A DNA stretch of 36,111 nt. It comes from Macrostomum lignano (taxonomy: Eukaryota). Below, piece after piece: positions 24,251-35,205 of the stretch. The notes below the pieces were generated by a model. That model saw only the letters and a list, made by a program, of their open reading frames with translations. It ran no database searches and was not told the origin of the DNA. The DNA is taken from assembly GCA_002269645.1 (NCBI GenBank), contig NIVC01004753.1, forward strand, positions 1 through 36,111. The letters run 5' to 3'. Positions within the stretch are counted from its first letter, which is position 1, and every line of letters starts with the position of its first letter. Made by a program: the position numbers and the translations under genes.

Positions 24251-24661
24251 ATGGCCTCCGGTGTAACTGTCGATGCCAGTCTCAAGGACGACTTCAATGC
24301 CATTAAGCTGGGCCACAAGTACGCCTACATGGTGTTCAAAATCGAAGGCGAATCGCAAATCAAAACCGAACGAGTGGCTGAGAACTCCACATACGAAGAG
24401 TTCATTGGTACTCTGCCGCCGAATGAGTGTCGCTACGTTGTGTACGACTACAAATACACCTTGGACGATGGCGCCAAGCGGGAGAAGCTGCTGTTTATCC
24501 ACTGGGCTCCAGATAGCGCCAAGATTCGCGACAAGATGCTGTACGCCTCGTCCAAGGACGCTATTAAAAAGGAGCTGAAAGGCGTAGTGGAAATTCAGGC
24601 CAACGATATGTCCGAAGTTGATGAGGCCGCTATTAAAGAGAAGGTCAAGGCTTCCGGTTGA
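24251..24661 (+). CDS. cofilin: Actin-depolymerizing factor / cofilin, 136 aa, uninterrupted CDS
   Basis: MASGV N-terminus with Ser3, YMVFKI, CRYVVYDY, KLLFIHWAPDSAKIRDKMLYASSKDAIKKEL and EIQAND are ADF-H family hallmarks. Confidence 0.96.
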   Translation: MASGVTVDASLKDDFNAIKLGHKYAYMVFKIEGESQIKTERVAENSTYEEFIGTLPPNECRYVVYDYKYTLDDGAKREKLLFIHWAPDSAKIRDKMLYASSKDAIKKELKGVVEIQANDMSEVDEAAIKEKVKASG

Positions 24662-24794
24662 AAGTTAATAACTGTGCACGCTTTACGTGTCATCAATTTA
24701 CGTAAATAGGGGCTTTTTGTGCTTTGGGATTAGCGTTTTTGGGTAAGTTCATATGCAGAGGTAGTTAGGATGGATTCTTTAATCAATTGTAGAG

Positions 24795-25500
24795 GCTGGG
24801 CCAGCGTCCCAGATCCTCAGTTGCTGAGCCAGCCTCTCCCAGATCCTCAGTTGCTGGGCCAGCCTCTCCCAGATCCTCAGTTGCTGGGCCAGCCTCCCAG
24901 ATCCTCAGTTGCTGGGCCAGCCTCCCAGATCCTCAGCTGCTGAGCCAGCCTCCCAGATCCTCAGTTGCTGAGCCAGCCTCTCCCAGATCCTCAGTTGCTG
25001 GGCCAGCCTCTCCCAGATCCTCAGTTGCTGGGCCAGCCTCCCAGATCCTCAGTTGCTGGGCCAGCCTCCCAGATCCTCAGTTGCTGAGCCAGCCTCTCCC
25101 AGATCCTCAGTTGCTGGACCAGCCTCTCCCAGATCCTCAGTTGCTGGGCCAGCCTCCCAGATCCTCAGTTGCTGAGCCAGCCTCCCAGATCCTCAGCTGC
25201 TGAGCCAGCCTCCCAGATCCTCAGTTGCTGAGCCAGCCTCTCCCAGATCCTCAGTTGCTGGGCCAGCCTCTCCCAGATCCTCAGTTGCTGGGCCAGCCTC
25301 CCAGATCCTCAGTTGCTGGGCCAGCCTCCCAGATCCTCAGTTGCTGAGCCAGCCTCTCCCAGATCCTCAGTTGCTGGGCCAGCCTCTCCCAGATCCTCAG
25401 TTGCTGGGCCAGCCTCTCCCAGATCCTCAGTTGCTGAGCCAGCCTCTCCCAGATCCTCAGTTGCTGGGCCAGCCTCCCAGATCCTCAGTTGCTGGGCCGC
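24795..25500. repeat. 27-30-bp minisatellite (CCAGATCCTCAGTTGCTG(A/G)GCCAGCCTC(TC))
   Basis: About 25 tandem copies starting ~135 nt after the cofilin stop. Confidence 0.96.
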
Positions 25501-26571
25501 CTTCGCAGATTTCCAGATCCAGCTCAATCCCAAATTAGGTTCTTATTTTTACTCGAGAAGCCTACGTTGAGTAATTATTGAATAATTCTCCATTATAAAA
25601 CTAATTACGAGTACTCATTCACACTAATAATTTTAACTATATTTATTTTTGTACTTATCAATTGTGTTTACCAGCGCTTGTTTAAATGGTTTAATAACAA
25701 ATTATTTATACTACATTTTTATTAAATTAAATTTGAAGCATTAAGCAAAAAAGTATCCCATTTGCGTCAAAGGTTACTTAACTATTGTACTGTATCGTAC
25801 TAATACTAGTAATAAGATCAGGCTATCGCTATTCAACAAATTCCACAGCATTCACTAATTCCTAATAGTTTAAAATTAATTAATTACTTAGCAATATATT
25901 ATTTTTACTGTTTTTATGGCCTGCTTGCTTTCGTTTCATATCCGGTTAAATTTTGATTCTTTCTTCCCGTTTTTTTCTAGAAAAATTAAAACAAATTGAT
26001 TATGTAACCGCCTATCCATGTCGGCTCATTGTTTTAAATATAGGAATTCTATGAAGTAACTAACCAGGTAATATTGATACATAATTAATCAATAGTTGCA
26101 TGCTTCGTCAGAATCAAAAGCAATCAAGAAAATAATAATTTTGTCAGTTTACTTTTTTGCATCCTAAATTACCTACTGTTAGTAGTTTCAAGTTATTAAC
26201 CAACCCCATTCAATGCGCCAATCAATGCTTGCTCTGTGTACTCGTGTGTGTGTCTGTGTTCTCTGTGCGTGCCCCTTGCCTTGTTAAAACAGGCCATTCT
26301 AACTGCTTATCTCTTTACGTAAATAAACAACTTTTTCAATTGCCCTCACCTCCTAATTTGCTGAATCAAAGAAACAAAAAATGAAGTTTAATTTGAAAAA
26401 ATCTATTATATAGTTAATCATTTGTCAAATGTATGTTTTGACTCAAATAAACGACCATCTTCGTTTGTTTTTTATTTTATATGTTTAAGATTATCCTAAT
26501 TGTAGGTTTTCGATTGTAAGCTTTTTTGTTTTATTATGGTTTAGAAGGCGCTTTCATATCTCCAAAATTTC

Positions 26572-27990
26572 ATAGCTCCGACATTTCTTATCTCTGACAG
26601 CACCTCTTTTATAGCTCCGACATTTCTTATCGATCCGACGGCACCTCTTTTTATAGCTCCGACATTTCTTATCGATCCGACAGCACCTCTTTTATAGCTC
26701 CGACATTTCTTATCGATCCGACAGCACCTCTTTTATAGCTCCGACATTTCTTATCTCTGACAGCACCTCTTTTATAGCTCCGACATTTCTTATCGATCCG
26801 ACAGCACCTCTTTTATAGCTCCGACATTTCTTATCGATCCGACAGCACCTCTTTCTATAGCTCCGACGTTTCTTATCGATCCGACGGCACCTCTTTTTAT
26901 AGCTCCGACATTTCTTATCGATCCGACAGCACCTCTTTTATAGCTCCGACATTTCTTATCGATCCGACAGCACCTCTTTTATAGCTCCGACATTTCTTAT
27001 CTCCGACGGCACCTCTTTTATAGCTCCGACATTTCTTATCTCCGACAGCACCTCTTTTATAGCTCCGACATTTCTTATCTCCGACGGGACCTCTTTTATA
27101 GCTCCGACATTTCTTATCTCCGACAGGACCTCTTTTATAGCTCCGACATTTCTTATCTCCGACGGGACCTCTTTTATAGCTCCGACATTTCTTATCTGCG
27201 ACAGGACCTCTTTTATAGCTCCGATATTTCTTATCTCCGACAGCACCTCTTTTATAGCTCCGACATTTCTTATCTCCGACGGGACCTCTTTTATAGCTCC
27301 GACATTTCTTATCTGCGACAGCACCTCTTTTATAGCTCCGACGTTTCTTATCTCCGACAGCACCTCTTTTTATAGCTCCGACATTTCTTATCGATCCTAC
27401 AGCACCTCTTTCTATAGCTCCGACATTTCTTATCTGCGACAGCACCTCTTTTATAGCTCCGACATTTCTTATCTGCGACAGGACCTCTTTTATAGCTCCG
27501 ACATTTCTTATCTCCGACGGGACCTCTTTTATAGCTCCGACATTTCTTATCCGCGACAGGACCTCTTTTATAGCTCCGACATTTCTTATCTCCGACGGGA
27601 CCTCTTTTATAGCTCCGACATTTCTTATCCGCGACAGGACCTCTTTTATAGCTCCGACATTTCTTATCTCTGACAGCACCTCTTTCCATAGCTCCGACGT
27701 TTCTTATCGATCCGACGGCACCTCTTATAGCTCCAACGTTTCTTATCTCCGACAGCACCTCTTTTATAGCTCCGACATTTCTTATCGATCCGACAGCACC
27801 TCTTTTATAGCTCCGACATTTCTTATCTGCGACAGCACCTCTTTCTATAGCTCCGACATTTCTTATCTCCGACGGCACCTCTTTTATAGCTCCGACATTT
27901 CTTATCTCCTACGGGACCTCTTTTATAGCTCCGACATTTCTTATCTCCGACGGCACCTCTTTTATAGCTCCGACATTTCTTATCTCCTAC
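26572..27990. repeat. ~36-39-bp minisatellite (ATAGCTCCGACATTTCTTATCTCCGACAGCACCTCTTTT)
   Basis: About 1.4 kb of tandem copies, with CGATCCGAC and CTCCGAC variants in blocks. Confidence 0.97.
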
Positions 27991-28607
27991 ATTCCATCTC
28001 TCCGACACTTCATATCTCTGGCAAGCTTGTCGAAACATCTAGCTAAACTGATTTGTCGGAGATATGAATCCCCCCCCTGATTTTAGTGCGCCCATCAAAG
28101 GCTACAATAGTCAATAATTGCTTAATTAGCTCAGCCCGTATAGGCGGGGGTGGCTGGGTGGCTGCGCTAACCAAATCCGAGGGTAAATGTACAATGCAAT
28201 GTACATTTATCAAGTTTTGTTTGCCTTCCAGATCAGCCAACCAATTGTATACGACAATTATAGTTTCGTTGGTGGGTTGGAGGCTGAATCGCTAGAAATA
28301 TGTACATACATAAGCGACGAGAACTTATATGTGCAGAAATTTGTCGTAATTGATAGCAGTATAAATGACATCGTCAATGCTATTCATTTGGTATTTTGGT
28401 TAGCGTTGAATTTAAGTTAAAAAAAGTGTCAGACTCATTAGCTATTAATTTAGTCATTCACTCTACCATATCTGTTCTGCAAGGGTTATACGTGTAAGCC
28501 TTCGGAATCTTTCAGTTTTATGTTTTTTTTTCTAATGTCTCGGCTAGCTCCTATTTTATTTAAAATAAAATAACGGTTACACATATTTTCAAACGATCAC
28601 TGGATCG

Positions 28608-29190
28608 CCAATAAACCAACCCATTGTATCACCAATAAACCAACCATTGTATCATCAATAAACCAACCCACTGTATCGCCCTTAAACCAACCCATTGGAT
28701 CGCCCTTGAACCAACCCTTTGGATTGCCCAAAAACAAACCCGTTGGATTGCCAATAAACCAACCCATTGGATCGCCCATAAACCAACCCATTGGATCGCC
28801 CTTGAACCAACCCTTTGGATTGCCCAAAAACAAACCCTTTGGATTGCCCAAAAACAAACCCGTTAGATTGCCAATAAACCAACCCATTGGATCGCCCTTG
28901 AACCAACCCTTTGGATTGCCCAAAAACAAACCCTTTGGATTGCCCAAAAACAAACCCGTTGGATTGCCAATAAACCAACCCATTGGATCGCCCATAAACC
29001 AACCCATTGGATCGCCCTTGAACCAACCCTTTGGATTGCCCAAAAACAAACCCTTTGGATTGCCCAAAAACAAACCCGTTAGATTGCCAATAAACCAACC
29101 CATTGTATCGCCCATAAACCAACCCATTGTATCGCCCATAAACCAACCCATTGTATCGCCCTTAAACCAACCCATTGGATCGCCAATAAA
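28608..29190. repeat. 24-bp minisatellite with higher-order variants (ATAAACCAACCCATTGGATCGCCC)
   Basis: About 24 copies; variant order repeats in blocks. Confidence 0.95.
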
Positions 29191-29360
29191 CTAGTCCATG
29201 AAATCGTCAACCATTTGAGTATCCCTAAAGCAACGGCCATCATGTGTCATCTTATATCCTCATTTTAAAACTAATTACATAAGGCTTTGTTGCGCAATTC
29301 ACCTAGCTGCCTAAATTAATATTTATTAATAATTTCTGGTTCCAGCTCCATCAATCAACA

Positions 29361-29993
29361 ATGAACACCCAGCTGGCTCCAGGTGCGGTCAGGAACACCC
29401 CCGTTCACCGCCAGCTTCCCCGGGCCAAGATCTTCCAACAGAATGAGCAGCAGCCAGCCACTCCGGCTACGCCTCGCACCGGCCTGGCGTTGCTTAGCAA
29501 CCGAAACGATAATAACAGTACAAACGTCTCCAAGCCGTCGGGCCCGGCTGCAGCTGCAAAGCCGTCAGCCAATCAGGCCGCGGCTGCAGCTGTTCACCCA
29601 CCGCCTCCAGTTGAGAAGCCGCCGCCAGATCCAGCCGAATTTGAGGCTCCCTACGAGTGGGAATTTCTGCCCGACACGGCTGACTGGCTCCGCCTGTTGG
29701 GTCGCATCGGCTCCGCCGGCTGTCCCGGCGGCCTGCCGTTCCGCGGCCGTCTGGCAACTATCGACCAGTCGCCGCAGCCGCTGGTCTCCGACAACAAGGA
29801 GAATGTACCGCCGCCGTCGCCCTCGTCTTCAGAGTCGCCTGGCGGGCATCACTGGGACGAGTCGCCAACTAGAAGCGGCTGTCGTCGTCGGAAGGGCTAT
29901 CGGCAGTCCAGCCTGGGCAGCAGCGACAGTCTGGACAATGATGTTGACGAGGATCGAGTGGCGATCTGTTTCGACATTGATAGAATCCTGTGA
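29361..29993 (+). CDS. 210-aa disordered protein, candidate securin (PTTG1-like separase inhibitor)
   Basis: GC-rich ATG-to-TGA ORF in AT-rich flanks, with an in-phase acceptor (tttctggttccAG, 29344-45) just upstream. Contains D-box RTGLALLSN, VEKPPPDPAEFE, LPD, KEN, PPSP and a C-terminal CFDID. Coding status is well supported; the securin identity is motif-based inference. Confidence 0.6.
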   Translation: MNTQLAPGAVRNTPVHRQLPRAKIFQQNEQQPATPATPRTGLALLSNRNDNNSTNVSKPSGPAAAAKPSANQAAAAAVHPPPPVEKPPPDPAEFEAPYEWEFLPDTADWLRLLGRIGSAGCPGGLPFRGRLATIDQSPQPLVSDNKENVPPPSPSSSESPGGHHWDESPTRSGCRRRKGYRQSSLGSSDSLDNDVDEDRVAICFDIDRIL

Positions 29994-30595
29994 CAGTTGG
30001 TTGCGGCACTGTGCAACTTGATTTATGACCAGTATAACAAGTGCGTTTATTTATATTTTAATCACCCTGCTCAATTAATTTAGCTCAATTATGTAATTAG
30101 AAACCCCTCTTTATTATACAATTTTCTGTTGCATTTTATATAGCTCATATTCTGTCTATCCATTGATCAATTGCTAGTTTCCGTCTTCATCATTTCTAAT
30201 TGACTTTTTTTGCTTTCGCTCATTCTATCAGCTTTTTTCATATATACTCCTCTTCGCGTATATATCTGCAGTGAAGAAATATGTGCAACAAAATTATTCA
30301 AAAGCATTTGTACTTTATGCTACAACTATTATTTGCTATTATTTATTATTCACTTTGCTACCCCATATCATAAATCGCACTTTATTTTTTGTCTATTATT
30401 TGTTTCATAAAATATGCCAATAACTGGACACCAGCAAAAATATTACATATTAATAACATAATAAACATTCATACGTCGATTATTAATAAATTTTTTCTCG
30501 TATGGTGGGCTGCAATTTTTTTGCTGTTTTTTGTCTTGTGGGGTTCCAAGTTCCAAGAATCCATTCTAGACATTCCTGTAAATGGCCAGATTTGT

Positions 30596-31136
30596 AGCTG
30601 TCAGATGGGAGTTCCAGCAGTGTCACATGGGAGTTCCAGCAGTGTCAGATGAGAGTTCCAGCTGTGTCAGATGGGAGTTCCAGCAGTGTCAGATGGGAGT
30701 TCCAGCTGTGTCAGATGGGAGTTCCAGCAGTGTCAGATGTGAGTTCCAGCAGTGTCAGATGGGAGTTCCAGCTGTGTCAGATGGGAGTTCCAGCAGTGTC
30801 AGATGGGAGTTCCAGCTGTGTCAGATGGGAGTTCCAGCAGTGTCAGATGGGAGTTCCAGCAGTGTCAGATGGATGGGAGTTCCAGCAGTGTCAGATGGGA
30901 GTTCCAGCAGTGTCAGATGGGAGTTCCAGCTGTGTCAGATGAGAGTTCCAGCTGTGTCAGATGGGAGTTCCAGCTGTGTCAGATGGGAGTTCCAGCTGTG
31001 TCAGATGGGAGTTCCAGCTGTGTCAGATGGGAGTTCCAGCAGTGTCAGATGGGAGTTCCAGCTGTGTCAGATGGGAGTTCCAGCTGTGTCAGATGGGAGT
31101 TCCAGCTGTGTCAGATGGGAGTTCCAGCAGTGTCAG
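30596..31136. repeat. 21-bp minisatellite (TGTCAGATGGGAGTTCCAGC(A/T)G-like)
   Basis: About 25 tandem copies ending ~95 nt upstream of the PABPN1 ATG. Confidence 0.96.
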
Positions 31137-31229
31137 GGGGAGTTACAGCTTCAAGCTAGTTTAATCGGAGGACTATCTTTAGTGTAGTATAAAACAACGA
31201 AGCGATACCCAAACCCGACCATTCATGCC

Positions 31230-31641
31230 ATGGCCGACCTCCTGTTTGAGGAGAACTCCAGCGAATTCGATGACGAGCAGCAGCAACAGAAGACTTCGAA
31301 CGAAGCTAGCGGCGGCGGCGGTGGACGAGCGGCGGCCGGTGATGAAGACACCGAGCTGCGGGACGACCCCGAGCTGGAGAGCATCAGGCAGAAGGTGCGC
31401 GAGATGGAAGCCGAGGCGGAGCGGCTGCGCATGATGCAGTCAGACATGGAGAAGCCCATGGCCGGCTCGTCTGTTGCTATGCCAACCGCCGTGTTAACAG
31501 ACGAGGAGCGCTTAGATACGGACTCGCGCTCAGTTTACGTTGGCAACGTCGATTACGGAGCCACGGCTGAGGAGTTGGAGACGCATTTTCATTCCTGCGG
31601 CGCTATTAACAGGATTACTATCCTGTGCAATAAGTATACAG
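31230..31641 (+). CDS. PABPN1: PABPN1 exon 1
   Basis: ATG at 31230; donor GTGCGG at 31642, phase 1. Confidence 0.92.
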
Positions 31642-34600
31642 GTGCGGCATGGGGTTCGAGTCCCTCTGGTGTGGGAACATTGTCTGATAAATCGAGCACG
31701 TGTGTACATTGAGCATGTGTGTACATCATCAGTGTGGCACATTGAGCATGTGTGTACATTTATCAGTGTGGCACATTGAGCATGTGTGTACATTTATCAG
31801 TGTGGCACATTGAGCATGTGTGTACATTATCAGTGTGGCACATTGAGCATGTGTGTACATTTACGAGGGTCACTCAGAAAGTCTTTAGCCTGAGTAGGAT
31901 CCACGAGACGTAGAAGCATGAAATTTGTCTATGGTAAAGACCAACTTTTAAAAGTATCGCAGCAAAAATTTCAAACAGAAGCAGCCACTTTTGAGTCCAC
32001 TGCAGCGAGTTAAAGTCAGTTCACCCCCTGAGATCTTCAATTCAACAATGAAGCTGGAAAATCGCGACTTCAGAGCAATGATGTACCTGCACTTCAAGCA
32101 AGGCAAGTCGCCGGCCGAATCGTATCAAACTTTACAGAACGTTTTCACCCATGTATGTCCTTCATACGCAACCGTCAAAAACTGGTTCGCTGAGTTTCGC
32201 CGAGGTCGAGAAAGCCTCGAAGATGAACATCGATCCGGGAGACCCTGTGACGCAGTGACTCCAGAAAATATCTGCGCTGTGTCCAGCATGATTGCCGCTG
32301 ACCGGCGAGTGACCTACCAGCAGATCCAGCAGGAGATCGGTATTGGATCGGGGAGTGTGCACGCCATTATGCACGAACACCTTGGAGTGCGGAAGCTGGC
32401 TTCCCGGTGGATCCCCCATCAGCTGTCGGACGTGCAGAAGGACACCAGGGTGGCTTGGTGCCGATTCATGCTGCAGAAATTCGAATCCGGGACCAGCCGG
32501 CGTATCTGGGACATCCTCACGGGCGATGAGACCTGGATTTATCAATACGACCCCGAAAGCAAGCGCCAGTCAGCCATGTGGACCTTTGGAGACGAGGACA
32601 GCCCCACCAAGTTTCGACGCAGCCGGAGTGTCGGCAAGCAGATGGTGGCCTGTTTCTTCATGCGCACTGGGCATGTGGCTTCCGTTTCACTTGAAGATCG
32701 CCAGACAGTCACCGCTGACTGGTACACAACGGTTTGCCTGCCCAAGGTCTTTTCTGCTGTGAGCCAGAGGCGCCCAAGGTGCGGAATGCGTGGGGTGCTT
32801 CTGCACCACGACAACGCCAGCGCGCACACGGCGGCTCAAACTCTGGAGTTTCTGGCTGACTGTGGGGTCCAGCTGATGACTCACCCTGCTTACAGTCCAG
32901 ACCTGGCACCGTGCGACTTTTTTCTGTTTCCGAAGTGCAAGGAGATTCTGAAGGGCCAGGTCTTTTCTTCACCGGAAGAAGCTGTGAATGAGTTTAAAAA
33001 CATCATCGAGGAGCTCCGGGATGAGGATTGGCGGCAGTGCTTCGACAGCTGGTTTCACAGGATGCAAGCCTGTATCAATGCCGGTGGAGAGTATTTTGAG
33101 CACTTGTAGTCGTTTTTTAGTTCATTTGTTGCTGTTTTCGTGTTCAAGCTAAGAACTTTCTGAGTGACCCTCGTATCAGTGTGGCACATTGAGCATGTGT
33201 GTACATTATCAGTGTGGCACATTGAGCATGTGTGTACATTTATCAGTGTGGCACATTGAGCATGTGTGTACATCATCAGTGTGGCACATTGAGCATGTGT
33301 GTACATTTATCAGTGTGGCACATTGAGCATGTGTGTACATTATCAGTGTGGCACATTGAGCATGTGTGTACATCATCAGTGTGGCACATTAAGCACGTGT
33401 GTACATCATCAGTGTGGCACATTAAGTACGTGTGTACATCATCAGTGTAGCACATTAAGCACGTGTGTACATCATCAGTTTGGCACATTAAGCACGTGTG
33501 TACATCATCAGTTTGGCACATTAAGCACGTGTGTACATCATCAGTGTGGCACATTAAGTACGTGTGTACATCATCAGTGTAGCACATTAAGCACGTGTGT
33601 ACATCATCAGTTTGGCACATTAAGCACGTGTGTACATCATCAGTTTGGCACATTAAGCACGTGTGTACATCATCAGTGTGGCACATTAAGCACGTGTGTA
33701 CATCATCAGTGTGGCACATTAAGCACGTGTGTACATCATCAGTGTGGCACATTAAGTACGTGTGTACATTATCATTGTGGCACATTATGCAGCCCCCAAG
33801 GCACATAGTGTACATGCCTGACGATCAGAAAGTCAGGGCCGGTGTACACCCTGTGTGAGCGTGTGCATGAATGCGTGCCTGCGTACTGAGGGTGGAATTG
33901 CTGTCAGCTCTTGTTGTGAGACGATTTCCTGCTGCAAATATTACACTACTAACCAGTAGCACCACATGACTATAATCCCAATTGTCGCAGGCCAGCCCAA
34001 AGGTTTCGCCTACGTGGAATTCGCCGAGAAAGACTCTGTAGAGGCGGCCCTCGCCCTAGACGAGAGCCTGTTCCGCAATCGTTCCCTCAAAGTGATGGCT
34101 AAGCGAACCAACACGCCCGGCATGTCTGTTACTAACCGGCCGCCGAGGGGCCGATTCCGCGGTCGCATGGCCCGAATGTACGGCGGGTCCGGTATGGCGC
34201 CCCGGGGAGGTCGCGGATTCAGGTATATAAATATGCTGAGAGCTCTGCGGTTATGTTGATGGCTTCGGCTTTGTTTGCGATTCTTTGCATTACCTGTTTG
34301 TGACTAAAGTACAGTGAGTACTATTAGTGTGCACCATTATTGTGATCATAGGGTCTATCCGATACTCTATTGCGGTATGAGATTAGGGATCTCAGTGCTC
34401 AGATTGGGGATCTCAGGTGCTCAGATTGGGGATCTCAGTGCTCAGATTGGGGATCTCAGTGCTCAGATTGGGGATCTCAGGTGATCAGATTGGGGATCTC
34501 AGTGCTCAGATTGGGGATCTCAGGTGATCAGATTGAGGATCTCAGGTGATCAGATTGGGGATCAGTGATCAGATTGGGGATCTCATGTGATCTGACTGAG

Positions 34601-35144
34601 GATCTCAGTGATCAGATTGGGGATCTCAGGTGATCAGATTGGGGATCTCTTTGATCAGATTGGGGATTTTAGGCGATCAGATTAGGTACCTCAGGTGATC
34701 AGATTGGGAATATCAGTGATTAGATTGGGGATCTCAGGTGATCAGATTGGGGATCAGTGATCAGATTGGGGAACTCTGTGATCAGATTGGGGATCAGTGA
34801 TCAGATTGGGGATCTCAGGTGATCTGACTGGGGATCTCAGTGCTCAGATTGGGGATTTTAGGTGATTAGATTGGGGATCTCAGTGATCAGATTAGGGATT
34901 TCAATCCCAAATTGTGCTTTCATATTTTTATTTTCAATACGGTATTTACTTACAACGTTAGTAGTTATACAATAGTTGCATTTAATTACCCAGGTGCTGT
35001 GAAGTTAAATGAATTTTTTATTACATTTTTGTCGCATTTGGCTTATTAGATTCAATTAGGTATTGATTATTTCTAGAGTATGCTGCAACGCTCATCACCA
35101 CTTGCAGACGCCGCCCACCACCTTACTGGTACGCGCCCTACTGA
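31230..35144 (+). CDS. PABPN1: Nuclear poly(A)-binding protein, 226 aa: join(31230-31641,33991-34222,35108-35144)
   Basis: Acidic N-terminus, coiled coil [40 protein letters not shown]...[10 protein letters not shown]|[20 protein letters not shown]-rich tail and terminal WYAPY*. Introns are GT-AG with consistent phases (681 nt). Confidence 0.93.
31697..31863. repeat. ~32-33-bp minisatellite, part left of the mariner (GTGTGTACATT(T)ATCAGTGTGGCACATTGAGCAT)
   Basis: About 5 copies ending at the TA target site. Confidence 0.93.
31864..33173 (+). mobile_element. Full-length 1310-bp mariner transposon
   Basis: TA TSD at 31862-63 and 33174-75. TIRs CGAGGGTCACTCAGAAAGT (19 bp perfect, 24/26 overall). 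Confidence 0.97.
32048..33109 (+). CDS. Mariner transposase (DD34D), 353 aa, intact
   Basis: ATG at 32048. Motifs [20 protein letters not shown] and [17 protein letters not shown], with 34 residues between the second and third Asp. No stops or frameshifts. Confidence 0.96.
   Translation: MKLENRDFRAMMYLHFKQGKSPAESYQTLQNVFTHVCPSYATVKNWFAEFRRGRESLEDEHRSGRPCDAVTPENICAVSSMIAADRRVTYQQIQQEIGIGSGSVHAIMHEHLGVRKLASRWIPHQLSDVQKDTRVAWCRFMLQKFESGTSRRIWDILTGDETWIYQYDPESKRQSAMWTFGDEDSPTKFRRSRSVGKQMVACFFMRTGHVASVSLEDRQTVTADWYTTVCLPKVFSAVSQRRPRCGMRGVLLHHDNASAHTAAQTLEFLADCGVQLMTHPAYSPDLAPCDFFLFPKCKEILKGQVFSSPEEAVNEFKNIIEELRDEDWRQCFDSWFHRMQACINAGGEYFEHL
33174..33790. repeat. Same ~32-33-bp minisatellite, part right of the mariner
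   Basis: About 19 copies; GAGCAT-type units next to the element switch to AAGCAC-type units distally. Confidence 0.95.
33991..34222 (+). CDS. PABPN1: PABPN1 exon 2
   Basis: ttgtcgcAG acceptor; encodes [40 protein letters not shown]; donor GTATAT. Confidence 0.92.
34380..34905. repeat. ~21-23-bp minisatellite (GATCAGATTGGGGATCTCA(G)GT) in the PABPN1 last intron
   Basis: About 23 tandem copies. Confidence 0.94.
35108..35144 (+). CDS. PABPN1: PABPN1 terminal exon
   Basis: cttgcAG acceptor in phase 2 gives [15 protein letters not shown], matching the conserved W-Y/F-x-P-Y end of the family. Confidence 0.85.
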
Positions 35145-35199
35145 TTCGTCGCTCAGCTTGAAAAAAATAACGAAAAAATGATACAAAAGAGTTAAAAAC

Positions 35200-35205
35200 A
35201 ATAAA
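35200..35205 (+). terminator. Candidate PABPN1 polyadenylation signal (a second AATAAA lies near 35265)
   Basis: AATAAA within an A-rich 3' UTR. Confidence 0.35.

Noticed and set aside
29383-30021. Overlapping 212-aa ORF in another frame
   Set aside because: Arg/Ser-rich shadow frame without an ATG start in the DNA (GTG) and without motifs.
26915-31187. Long ORFs such as IRNVGAIKE, NQPFGLPK and VRWEFQQC
   Set aside because: Minisatellite translations, open only because the units lack stops in those frames.
31991-32047. N-terminal 19-aa extension of the transposase from a TTG start
   Set aside because: ATG at 32048 gives the typical ~350-aa mariner length; the extension lies in the element 5' UTR.
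35075-35107. Upstream acceptor TTTCTAG for the PABPN1 last exon
   Set aside because: Shifts the frame away from the conserved WYAPY end.
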